Source: Tubiluchus corallicola (lineage: Eukaryota; Animalia; Priapulida). From it: DNA of 21,406 nucleotides. Location of the stretch: assembly GCA_030141605.1 (NCBI GenBank), contig JAQGDQ010001909.1, positions 1-21,406 of the forward strand. Direction: 5' to 3'. A model generated the notes under the pieces. That model searched no databases. It had not been told where the DNA came from and worked only from the letters and a program-made list of their open reading frames with translations. This document shows positions 1 through 11,330 of the stretch, one piece after another; within the stretch, counting starts at the first letter, position 1; every line of letters begins with the position of its first letter. The translations under genes were made by a program, and so were the position numbers.

Positions 1-447
1 CTTAATCTGTTGGCCTTGTGAAGCTAGAAATCTTACTCTGTAATACACGGCATGGTTTATTTTGCGAGATCGGATTAAGGTGCCATCAAATTTAAAACAA
101 ATCAAGTCTTTCGACGAATTCAAATCAAAATTAAAAATACATACATTAAATCGTTTTGAAAACCCTACATACGTAAACGATAATATGTATATTAATCCAC
201 AAATTTTATTTACCCACGTCCATTTTAAACTATATGTGTATATTGTATATAGTCTATTATAATTTCCGTGTAACATTATAATGTATATTTTGTTTTAAAT
301 TTTTGGCACAGTAGTTTTTAGTTTGCACTGGACGCATTTGCCTTTAACAGTTGTGTGAATTTTATTCTCATGCTGCGATGTTCTTTTATGCTTTTATAGT
401 TATGAATATCGATTTTTTATGGCAAATAAAGATTATTATATATATAG
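1..447 (+). mobile_element. 3' end of a non-LTR retrotransposon (CR1/L2/Crack-like): decayed ORF2 C-terminus, 3' UTR and (TA)n tail
   Basis: ORF 62-262 contains 'RIKVPSNLKQIKSFDEFKSKLKIH', which fits the WN.LP..IK...S...FK.KLK..L motif that ends ORF2 in CR1/L2-group LINEs. The downstream 'TGCACTGGACGCATTTG...CAAATAAAGA..(TA)n' (about 324-447) recurs at 17374-17496 (+) and 8331-8437 (-). The left boundary may lie outside the window. Confidence 0.7.
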
Positions 448-922
448 GTCCATCTTTAAGTGAAATGTGGCACAGGAATTCCTTCCCCTAGCGGGTAATT
501 TTGTTTCCGGGATTAGAAGTGCACCCTTGTCGCATTATTGTTATTATAATTCTTTATTTTTAAAACGTATGACATCGACCCGTGTCGCGCAGACATGTTT
601 GTATATGAATTGGATTTATCTAAACTTTTTCTCGTGCAAGGTCACGTTTTGCGCGCTTTAATTGCTGTCCTCATATTGTCAATCGATTTCCAGTTTACCT
701 CTATTTGTTCGTCCAAGGATGAAGATAACAAAGATCCGGATCGGTGATACGGGGGGGGGGAGAAGCCAGTGGAGAATGTGCACTGAAGCCCTGCTGATCC
801 TTGTTCACAGCGATTTCGTTGTACTTTCATGTTCTATTGTTTTTCGCTTGTTAATTTATGTAGCGTTTTTTTTTGAAGTTTAAAATCAACGACTGAATTG
901 ACGGCATTAAACGAATAAATTC

Positions 923-1352
923 CAGGGTTCCCCCACGGTCAGAGAAAATCCTTGACAATACAGGCTGTCGATGGAAAAATCAGGGAAAAAGATAATTTGA
1001 TAAAAAAAGTTGGGAAAATGATGAAAATGGTGCGAAAAGTCAAGGAAATTGGAAAGGTTTGCAAAATTAATCACCGTGAACCGATATTTTTCCAAACACG
1101 TTTTTTAGTGATTTGTGTTCAAATAAAATTTGCTATGGCAGGCTCCCAATTTCGACTTCTGTTCCAAAAATAATGTTTTCCACATATATCAGTGTATATA
1201 TATATATATGTGTGTGTATATATGGTCCATACACAAAAACGCTCGAATGTGTATACTGGTAATACAATGTCTGCTTATGTTGGTCATGCAAAATCAATAT
1301 TTGGTCAGCGAAAAGTCAGGGAAATTTATTTTAAAATTCTGTGGCTACCCTG
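923..1352. mobile_element. Non-autonomous hAT-type DNA transposon (MITE)
   Basis: Starts CAGGGTTCCCCCAC and ends GTGGCTACCCTG (reverse complement CAGGGTAGCCAC). Repeated subterminal TCAGGGAAA-like motifs lie at about 939, 980, 1040, 1305 and 1316. The 8-bp TSD is not cleanly preserved; only AATAA is shared by the flanks. Confidence 0.65.
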
Positions 1353-1470
1353 AATAACAAATAACCCAGGTATTTGGATTATTCGTCTCGTTCAAGGAGG
1401 GTGTTTGTATATTCGAATGTAGCAAAAATTCTTCTGGTTACAAGACCGGGATTTAGTATGTCATGGTAGA

Positions 1471-1934
1471 AGATTATGTCTCTGATAAAGGAGGTGTGTT
1501 CCAGTCCGGTTGCATCCTTCAGCCTTTTCAAATTTGAACGTGGGATCTTGAAAGGAAAAGCCCTGTGATCTAGGCCCACCTTTGGGAGATTATGTCTCTG
1601 ATAAAGGAGGTGTGTTCCAGTCCTGTTTCATCCTTCAGCCTTTTCAAATTTGAACGTGGGATCTTGAAAGGAAAGGCTCTGCGACCCCGTCCCACCTTTG
1701 GGAGATTACGTCTCTGATAAAGGAGGTGTGTTCCAGTCCGGTTTCATCCTTCAGCCTTTTCAAATTTGAACGTGGGATCTTGAAAGGAAAAGCCCTGCGA
1801 TCCTGTCCCACCTTTGGGAGATTATGTCTCTGATAAAGGAGGTGTGTTCCAGTCCGGTTTCATCCTTCAGCCTTTTCAAATTTGAACGTGGGATCTTGAA
1901 AGGAAAAGCCCTGCGATCCTGTCCCACCTTTGGG
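1471..1934. repeat. Tandem repeat, 116-bp unit x4
   Basis: Units start at 1471, 1587, 1703 and 1819 (AGATTATGTCTCTGATAAAGGAGG...CCCACCTTTGGG), with a few substitutions between copies. Confidence 0.97.
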
Positions 1935-2106
1935 TGGAAGAAGTGCAGGAAGCATACCCATTCTAAACTCATTAAAATGCGATCTTGTTTTATAATTATC
2001 TTAAGTTTTATCGTCTTCATCTCATTTGATTATTTTTACGCAGTTGATTGTCTGACATGGGAAAGCAAAGGGCCAGAGAGTCTATATTTTATTAAGTAGT
2101 AGTTTA

Positions 2107-3510
2107 GCAATGCAGACTCGTTTAGTGTTTATGCAATGCAGACTCGTTTAGTGTTTATGCAATGCAGACTCGTTTAGTGTTGATGCAATGCAGACTCGTT
2201 TAGTGTTTATGCAATGCAGACTCGTTTAGTGTTTATGCAATGCTGACTCGTTTAGTGTTTATGCAATGCAGACTCGTTTAGTGTTTATGCAATGCTGACT
2301 CGTTTAGTGTTTATGCAATGCAGACTCGTTTAGTGTTTATGCAATGCAGACTTGTTTAGTGTTTATGCAATGCAGACTCGTTTAGTGTTTATGCAATGCA
2401 GACTCGTTTAGTGTTTATGCAATGCAGACTCGTTTAGTGTTTATGCAATGCAGACTCGTTTAGTGTTTATGCAATGCAGACTCGTTTAGTGTTTATGCAA
2501 TGCAGACTTGTTTAGTGTTTATGCAATGCAGACTCGTTTAGTGTTTATGCAATGCTGACTCGTTTAGTGTTTATGCAATGCAGACTCGTTTAGTGTTTAT
2601 GCAATGCAGACTTGTTTAGTGTTTATGCAATGCAGACTCGTTTAGTGTTTATGCAATGCAGACTCGTTTAGTGTTTATGCAATGCAGACTCGTTTAGTGT
2701 TTATGCAATGCAGACTCGTTTAGTGTTTATGCAATGCAGACTCGTTTAGTGTTTATGCAATGCTGACTCGTTTAGTGTTTATGCAATGCAGACTCGTTTA
2801 GTGTTTATGCAATGCAGACTCGTTTAGTGTTTATGCAATGCAGACTCGTTTAGTGTTTATGCAATGCAGACTCGTTTAGTGTTTATGCAATGCAGACTCG
2901 TTTAGTGTTTATGCAATGCAGACTCGTTTAGTGTTTATGCAATGCAGACTCGTTTAGTGTTTATGCAATGCAGACTCGTTTAGTGTTTATGCAATGCAGA
3001 CTTGTTTAGTGTTTATGCAATGCAGACTCGTTTAGTGTTTATGCAATGCAGACTCGTTTAGTGTTTATGCAATGCAGACTCGTTTAGTGTTTATGCAATG
3101 CAGACTCGTTTAGTGTTTATACAATGCAGACTCGTTTAGTGTTTATGCAATGCAGACTCGTTTGGTGTTTATGCAATGCAGACTCGTTTAGTGTTTATAC
3201 AATGCAGACTCGTTTAGTGTTTATGCAATGCAGACTCGTTTAGTGCTCATGCAATGCAGACTCGTTTAGTGTTTATGCAATGCAGACTCGTTTAGTGTTT
3301 ATGCAATGCAGACTCGTTTAGTGTTTATGCAATGCAGACTCGTTTAGTGTTTATGCAATGCAGACTCGTTTAGTGTTTATGCAATGCAGACTCGGTTAGT
3401 GTTTATGCAATGCAGACTCGTTTAGTGTTTATGCAATGCAGACTCGTTTAGTGTTTATGCAATGCAGACTCGTTTAGTATTTATGCAATGCAGACTCGTT
3501 TAGTATTTAT
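2107..3510. repeat. Minisatellite, 26-bp unit x54
   Basis: Unit GCAATGCAGACTCGTTTAGTGTTTAT; 1404 bp / 26 = 54 head-to-tail copies with no spacers. Confidence 0.99.
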
Positions 3511-5473
3511 GAAAGTCTATCTAATATTTTAACTTCAGCAATCCTATATTTAATCACTGTCAAAATGATTAAATTATATGGGCAGTTATTTCGTGTTGCT
3601 ATGGAGACACAAGATGATGCCTCATTAAGCACTTCCTTTTGTGTTTTCAAACAATCTCCTTTAGTGCTTTCTTCTTAAACATTATATGTTCAGTTAAGTG
3701 TGAATATTGGGTGTTTTCAGCACTTAATTACGAAATTAGGTTAGACTTCTACATACATTCGGGTGTTGAAAGCTTTTGGCGTTATTAAAGTGGAGTCAGC
3801 CAGGCGTGTAGACGGACGTCTAAAATAACTTTTCCTATTATCCAGCTTATGGTGCCTTGGGTAGTTTAGTTGTTCATACAGGTTTGGGCTTCGATCTGAA
3901 CATTTGATGAGAATTGACTTCGTTAAGGTTGGGGGGGGGGGTGAGGAGTGAGCGTAGCAAATAATATATTGGCGAATCAGCAATGCAAGACTCTCGGAAT
4001 AAGTTAGATGCTGTAGTCGTCAAAAATAATGTGAAAGTTATTGACTGTTTAGTAACTTAATAAAGCCGTTATTTGTGTATAATACTGAATTACTGCATTG
4101 GTAATGAATTAAGTGTCATACTAAGGTTGAAAAATTACCTGTATGATCATCTACTAGAATTTAGTTTAATAGCTTTGCTTTAAATTCAACTTCTAAATCT
4201 CAACAGTAATTGTCTTGAGGAATTCACATTTGCACTTTTTGAACGATACTTGTTTACGATTTTGAAGAAACTATCCGTTGTTATTACAAAGGCACTTTTA
4301 CATGAGAAACAATACGGTGGGCTGCACAAATAATTAGCATTAAAAAAAGCAATGCTAACGATTGGTCAAAGGCCAAATCGGAAGGTAGGGAACACCTATC
4401 GTGAGACACGAACCTGCATTTCCTGGGTCACTATGTTACATGCCCACACCGATGAACTAATTAGTCTAGGGCGAGACATTTGCCAGTTGAATGATTAATG
4501 ATTTATTGCATCATATTTAGTTTGATCACATTTCTTGCCTTTTGTGGTCAACTAGTCAAAGTCGAAAGACAGACAGGCAGGTATCATATTCAACTGTGTA
4601 ACGACTGAAGCCATTAATCAAGAAGTGAAAGCTTAAAATGTGTAATGTAACCATTGCCTGCTGATGGGCAGATTCGTCCGATTGACGATCATGTCACAAA
4701 ATCTACGAGGTCATATATCTGTGTTGGTCTTGAAGGCCATTAACGAAATTGCTTCCACTCTGTAGAAATGGCTTTTCTGTAGAGTCATCCTGGTGCTTGA
4801 ATACCCGCTGGCATGCGTCCAAGTAAGATCACCAAACTTAAGGTGAACGTGACAGGCAATGATGATTTCCACTCTTGTTTTCATTTTTGCAGTATTAGGA
4901 GTTAAACTAATGAAGATTTAAATACAGAGTATTTGGTATCCAATCAATTAGCTACCCAAACCTTGTACTGCTATATACGCTATATACATAATCTTGACAT
5001 TGACATGTCCTTTGTGATCTGAATCACTCGTGTTTTGCCATTAAAAGTGACTTCCAATATAAAATAATGACCACAACATTCGTATTGAGTAAGTTACAGA
5101 AGATGTCAACCGACTTCCTGTGTGTTAAGTTGGCTAAATTGGTTTCCTCCATCAATTTTGCTGGCATCGTTAGTTTGTAAGTGGAATCCTAACAGAAATA
5201 AATTAGCTTGGATGCTCGGATCGTGTACTGGACACACTTCACAGTTATTGTTCCCTGATTTTATGTTCAGTACGGTCTATTTTTGTGTATCCTTTTTCGT
5301 TTCTATCTTTTACAAAAAGTATCGTACGAGTTTAAGATCAAAATAGTAGTGGATGCCGGTAAAAAACTGAAAACAAACGAAAACAAAACGGAGTCATCAA
5401 CATTCAACAGAAACCCAGAACATTGGGTTCTGGTCATTTCTTCTTAATCTTAGGCACTAGTTACTGTTAGTAT

Positions 5474-5744
5474 AATGAATGATCAAAGTTATAAACCTGG
5501 TTCAACCCTATTTGCCTCGGCTTCTGGATGAACAATTAACATTAGCTCAAAGAGCTAGTATCGCCGACCGTAAATCACAAATCTCCAGCTACGAAACAGA
5601 GATTATTACCCTAAATACCACGCGCCAGGCAGGGCAACATCAGGTACCATTTTTAAAATGTTTGGTATGACCCGGCCGCTGTATCGAATTCGCAACCTCC
5701 CAGGCGGAAAGCGGACGCGTTACCACTAGGCTAACCCATTTGGC
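5474..5744 (-). mobile_element. tRNA-derived SINE with a Meta/MESC-like central domain
   Basis: On the minus strand: A box TAGCCTAGTGG (5723-5733) and degenerate B box GAATTCGATAC (5681-5691). These are followed by CCGGGTCATACCAAACATTTTAAAAATGGTACCTGATGTTGCCCTGCCTGGCGCG, which resembles the Meta domain of metazoan SINEs (recalled, not aligned). The element ends in a short TCAT repeat. Confidence 0.8.
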
Positions 5745-5994
5745 ATATCTTGCTATGGCACGTGGCTTGGTAGAAATTCATTCACTTCTGATTTTACACA
5801 TTTTCCAAAAAAAGACCAATTCGTAATCAACCGTAATTTAAAATCTGAACTGACAAGTTAAGTAATGACTTATTCTACTAAGCTCATGTGCTCACACCTG
5901 GCGCATGCGTTGTTGTTAGAATATTAATCAGTTGTTTGTTTTCTTGTTGAAGTGCTGTTGCAGGAATTTTGTTGAGTTTGTGAGCCGTATAAGG

Positions 5995-7197
5995 TGCTTT
6001 TTAAAAACTTTTCCCCAAGCTATCTCTAGTATGCTTATTTTTCAATGCTTTCGCTTGCTTTTTAAAAACTTTCTCCCAAGCTATCTCTAGTACACTTATT
6101 TTTCAATGCTTTCGCTTGCTTTTTAAAAACTTTCTCCCAAGTTATCTCTAGTATGCTTATTTTTCAATGCTTTCGCTTGCTTTTTAAAAACTTTCTCCCA
6201 AGCTATCTCTAGTATGCTTATTTTTCAATGCTATCGCTTGCTTTTTAAAAACTTTCTCCCGAGCTATCTCTAGTATGCTTATTTTTCAATGCTTTCGCTT
6301 GCTTTTTAAAAACTTTCTCCCAAGCTATCTCTAGTACGCTTATTTTTCAATGCTTTCGCTTGCTTTTTAAAAACTTTCTCCCAAGCTATCTCTAGTATGC
6401 TTATTTTTCAATGCTTTCGCTTGCTTTTTAAAAACTTTCTCCCGAGCTATCTCTAGTATGCTTATTTTTCAATGCTTTCGCTTGCTTTTTAAAAACTTTC
6501 TCCCGAGCTATCTCTAGTATGCTTATTTTTCAATGCTTGTTTTTTTTTTAGCTATCTCTAGTATGCTTATTTTTCAATGCTTTCGCTTGCTTTTTAAAAA
6601 CTTTCTCCCGAGCTATCTCTAGTATGCTTATTTTTCAATGCTTTCGCTTGCTTTTTAAAAACTTTCTCCCAAGCTATCTCTAGTACGCTTATTTTGCAAT
6701 GCTTTCGCTTGCTTTTTAAAAACTTTCTCCCAAGCTATCTCTAGTACGCTTATTTTTCAATGCTTTCGCTTGCTTTTTAAAAACTTTCTCCCGAGCTATC
6801 TCTAGTACTCTTATTTTGTGTTTGTTGTTTTTTTTTGTTTTGTGTTTTTTTTGTTTGTTGTTTTTTTTTGTTTTGTTGTTTTTTTTCGCTTGCTTTTTAA
6901 AAACTTTCTCCCAAGCTATCTCTAGTATGCTTATTTTGCAATGCTTTCGCTTGCTTTTTAAAAACTTTCTCCCAAGCTATCTCTAGTATGCTTATTTTGC
7001 AATGCTTTCGCTTGCTTTTTAAAAACTTTCTCCCAAGCTATCTCTAGTACGCTTATTTTTCAATGCTTTCGCTTGCTTTTTAAAAACTTTCTCCCAAGCT
7101 ATCTCTACTACGCTTATTTTTCAATGCTTTCGCTTGCTTTTTAAAAACTTTCTCCCAAGCTATCTCTAGTATGCTTATTTTTCAATGCTTTCGCTTG
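5995..7197. repeat. Minisatellite, 61-bp unit, about 19 copies, with two T-rich interruptions
   Basis: Unit GCTTTTTAAAAACTTTCTCCCAAGCTATCTCTAGTATGCTTATTTTTCAATGCTTTCGCTT; interrupted at about 6538-6549 and 6818-6886. Confidence 0.98.
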
Positions 7198-8145
7198 ATT
7201 GGGCGAACCCAATGATGAGCTTTCATGTAAATAAACGTCCACATACGAGTATTGGAATTTCGTGAGTATATACCGTACTGCACCGTAGTGGGTGGATGTG
7301 TATTTAGACGTGTGTATGTTTTTTAGTGGTGCAATAAGCGATAACACTAGGAAGGAATCTTCCTGTAAAAACCCGGTCAACCTTTTGGACTCCACGTACC
7401 CCTAATTGTTTTACACTATCTCCTGGTACCCCTTCGCCTGCCATAAACAAACTGAAGAACCAGCACGGATGTAATGTCATGACTATTTTTATTATATATA
7501 TTATACGTATTGTCCAATCAAGTGCTTTAAATGAGAGTTCAATGAGATGGCTTCTGTTGCATAGCAGAAACAAACTTTATGAATAGCGGTTCAGTTTTGA
7601 CAGACTGACTCTCATGTCTCTGCGGATGTCAAGGCGGTTTTGGGGTTTTGTCTTGATTGTCGCCATCGCTGAAAAGCCTGCTTCACACAGGAAAAAGTTC
7701 ATTGAAAACTTTACAGTGGACAGTGGTCAAGACCAAAAACGATAAATTGTTGGCACAGTCGTCAGGGATGATTGAATCGCCCGCTGATTATTATATAACA
7801 CTATAGGATCGTAGTACAGCATTATAGGCGTACGATTCTGGAATGACGTAATTCAATTATCAGCGCATTGATACGAAATTTCATTTTTACGCTGTTGTGT
7901 TTCGCACTCCTGCGTTGCGCGATCTTCCATTTCACGCGTTATTCAGTCTTGCGTGGCGTCCCTGCCAAATGATTTCATCAGGAAAATTTCAATTTGTTTT
8001 GCCGACGCGACGCTGTGCGTCAAAGTTTCAAGATTTCACTAACAGTGCTAGTGGTGGTCGCCCACTGTTGCACTTGTAGCGAATTCTTCCTAAGTCATTT
8101 TGGAAAATTCAGTATTATTGAAACCAACTCATTTGCCTGTCGAAG

Positions 8146-8146
<1 letters not shown>

Positions 8147-8181
<35 letters not shown>
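8147..8181. repeat. (AAT)n microsatellite
   Basis: Direct reading; it gives the poly-Ile in ORF 7994-8218. Confidence 0.97.
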
Positions 8182-8193
8182 CTATATATATAG

Positions 8194-8297
8194 TGAGGCT
8201 TACTCAATTTTATTATAAGTGAACCATTTTAATGACAAATAAAGAATTTATATATATATATATATATATATATATCCATTTTAATGACAAATAAAGA

Positions 8298-8330
<33 letters not shown>
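8194..8330 (+). mobile_element. Two extreme 3'-end fragments of the (TA)n-tailed LINE
   Basis: 8194-8248 (TGAGGCTTACTCAATTTTATTATAA...ATGACAAATAAAGAATT) followed by (TA)n, then 8276-8300 followed by (TA)15. Both match 17423-17480. Confidence 0.85.
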
Positions 8331-8333
<3 letters not shown>

Positions 8334-8677
8334 TCTTTATTTGTCATTAAAATAGTTCACTCATTATAATAAAATTGAGTAAGCCTCAGCATAATGTTAA
8401 AATAACAACACTGTTCAAGACAAATGCGTCCAGTGCATACTAAAAACTAAAGTGCAAAACTAAGGCCTAATTATATACAATAAATGAACATATTTAGAAA
8501 CACCATATTCAAATATTTTTACAAAACAATATTACAAAAGTACATTAAATTTTACATGACATATTTTACACTATATATACATTTGACGTGACACAATTAA
8601 CAGAAACATGCTTTACATTACATAAATTTCACTCATTACATTTACACCATTTATACATTTGACATTACAAAACTAAC
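8331..8677 (-). mobile_element. 3' UTR of the (TA)n-tailed LINE, minus-strand copy
   Basis: 8331-8628 is the reverse complement of 17180-17480 with scattered substitutions. The extension to 8677 is inferred from similar composition up to the (AAT)n tract. Confidence 0.85.
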
Positions 8678-8714
<37 letters not shown>

Positions 8715-8727
8715 TAATAATGATAAC

Positions 8728-8797
<70 letters not shown>
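8678..8797. repeat. (AAT)n microsatellite, about 40 units
   Basis: Direct reading; it gives the poly-Tyr in ORF 8651-8857. Confidence 0.98.
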
Positions 8798-8798
<1 letters not shown>

Positions 8799-10429
8799 AC
8801 GGCCTTCAAATATAGAATGGCATGTTTTGATTCATCATTAAAGCAAAGCCAGACCAAACGTTAAACTGTGGGTCAAATCAATCGACTCTTTAAAATATTG
8901 AAAGGAAACGTACTGTTTCTTCAAAAATGACTCACGTGAAAGAATTATTACCACACAAACGCAATTTTGTCACTAGTTCTTCGCGGTTACATGCATTTTC
9001 CATTCATTCGTTAGACGGGCACCAGCGACTGCATTTCGGAAAGGCATTGCACAAAAAATAGGCGCTGTATCTCTTAGTTCAGATGTGTTAGTTTTTGACG
9101 AACTGCACACGTTTGACAGCTCATGCGTGAGCACAGCGGTGAATTTGAAATTTGAATTTTTTTCTTAAAACTTGCCTAGCTTTAGTTCAACACACTGAAT
9201 CTCGTACAGTTGCAATGTACTTCAATTTTCGCGTTTGCAAACACGCGCAACACGCTCATGAAATATTTTTTGCTGTTGAAAATTATGTTAGTTTGTGATG
9301 TCATCAATTGTTGGGCTCGCCCGCCTTTAATTAAGTTTTTAATCTAGTATTTAATTATCAGAAACGCTTTTGCAGTATTAATTGTGTTAAAATGTATACT
9401 TTCTATCGGACTTGAAAATGGGGGGTAGTATATGAATAATCATCCTGTCTTCCTTTAAGAAATTGGCAAAGGCCAAACGAAGCCCCGAAATAATTAACCG
9501 TACAACATCTGTAACTATTAGTAACAAAGCAGTTTATTTCACTGCTGCCTAAAAATTTAGCATGCACAAAATATAACAAGAACTTTGAAAATTCGCAATG
9601 ACTGGTCTCGAAATAAGACATTGGCTTGTAGGAATCGAATCTAGATTAAAGGTCACCAATGACACAAGCCAACTTAGTGTGACTGTACCTTTAGTTTTGT
9701 TTGTCTATCCACATTATCAACTCTATTGTAAAGAAAATTTTGCTGAAGCGACCTCTTTAAACGTGCTGTAGTTTTGCGTACGTTAGGATAGTATCTCTTT
9801 TTCACTGGACATTGGTGTTGGGATTAGAGACACAAACGTTTAAAAGTAATCCTGATATATTCGTCTAGCTTCACCGCGTCCAACGTTACAGCGTGAATCA
9901 CAAGGTCACTGATGATGATCATTCTCGCGAACATTCCACGTAGTTTGATTTGTGATGCTGTAGGCTGCAGTCAAGTGTCGTTATTTTCAGGCGGCAAGGT
10001 TGTGATAGCGCGCAAATTAGCCGGGAGGAATTAACGTTAATTTCCTGGTAGCAAAGTTATTCGGTTGTTAAACCCAGCCGAGCTGCTGTGTCTTTGAGCT
10101 CTTTCTCCTAACAACTCCGTTAACTTTAATTGCACGAAAATGGGCGTAGATTGAGGATTCTTCAATGATTGCTGAAGTTAGTGCTACAGCGCGTATGTTG
10201 TCTAGTGTTTGTAGACTGGAGTGCAATTTTGCTAAAAATGTTAAGCTGCTTTGGCCGCTGAATATCAGAAGTTTTAGCGAGATAGACGTTATAGAGGAAC
10301 TGCATTAGTCTAATTATGTACTCATTGTGTGGCGCGGAGAAAATGAAGCGAGTGATCTTTCTTGCTTCGGGTTGCACTAAAATAACATTGCGTTTCGTTT
10401 CTCTCATCCGTTTTAAGCACCATTTGAGT

Positions 10430-10669
10430 ATCATAGATTCCGCTTGCTAATTAGATAGGTGATAGCAGACATTTCTGTTGTATTCCTTTATATAAAAGTC
10501 TAGGTGAATCATGGATTCCGCTTGCTAATTAGATAGGTGATAGCAGACATTTCTGTTGTATTCCTTTATATAAAAGTCTAGGTGAATCGTAGATTCCGCT
10601 TGCTAATTAGATAGGTGATAGCAGACATTTCTGTTGTATTCCTTTATATCAATTTTAAGTCTATGTGAA
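10430..10669. repeat. Tandem repeat, 78-bp unit x3
   Basis: GATTCCGCTTGCTAATTAGATAGG starts at 10436, 10514 and 10592. The third copy degenerates after about 10649. Confidence 0.96.
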
Positions 10670-10780
10670 AAATACTCTGTGTTTGTTTTTCATATAAAAT
10701 ACCATCGTTTGTGTAGTAATAAGAATTGCTTGCCTGTTAACTCAATAAGAAAATCAGCACCCCAAGTTTCCAACCTTGCT

Positions 10781-11330
10781 GCAGCGTTTGGCACTAATCC
10801 TATGTTGCGTCCTAAACATCAGCGCCGCAACGTTTGGCACTAATCCCATGTTGCGTCCTAAACATCAGCGCCGCAACGTTTGGCACTAATTCCATGTTGC
10901 GTCCTAAACATCAGCGCCGCAACGTTTGGCACTAATTCCATGTTGCGTCCTAAACATCAGCGCCGGAGCGTTTGGCACTAATCCCATGTTGCGTCCTAAA
11001 CATCAGCGCCGCAGCGTTTGGCACTAATCCCATGTTGCGTCCTAAACATCAGCGCCGCAGCATATGACACTAATCCTATGTTGCGTCCTAAACATCAGCG
11101 CCTCAGCATTTGGCACTAATCCTATGTTGCATCCTAAACATCAGTGCCGCAGCATTTGGCACTAATCCTATGTTGCGTCCTAAACATTAGCGCTGCAGCA
11201 TTTGGCACTAATCCCATGTTGCGTCCTAAACATCAGCGCCACAACATTTGGCACTAATCCTATGTTGCATCCTAAACATCAGCGCCGCAGCATTTGGCAC
11301 TAATCCTATGTTGTGTCCTAAACATCAGCG
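10781..11330. repeat. Minisatellite, 46-bp unit x12
   Basis: Unit GCAGCGTTTGGCACTAATCCTATGTTGCGTCCTAAACATCAGCGCC; 550 bp. Confidence 0.98.

Noticed and set aside
945-960. 16-bp exact match AAAATCCTTGACAATA with 14749-14764
   Set aside because: The match does not extend on either side and is plausible by chance in AT-rich DNA.
2107-3510. CRISPR array (also considered for the 22, 46, 52 and 61-bp arrays)
   Set aside because: The units are contiguous with no unique spacers, there are no cas genes, and the context is eukaryotic.
4640-4883. Signal-peptide-like minus-strand reading (WKSSLPVTFTLSLVILLG...)
   Set aside because: It needs two frameshifts and passes through stops, so support is too thin.
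5670-5744. tRNA gene
   Set aside because: The B box is degenerate, there is no complete acceptor stem, and it continues into a SINE body.
7994-8857. Poly-Ile and poly-Tyr ORFs
   Set aside because: These are translations of (AAT)n microsatellites.
10029-10042. 14-bp palindrome AATTAACGTTAATT (and a small hairpin near 5408-5432)
   Set aside because: These are short, AT-rich and isolated, with no TSD or second copy.
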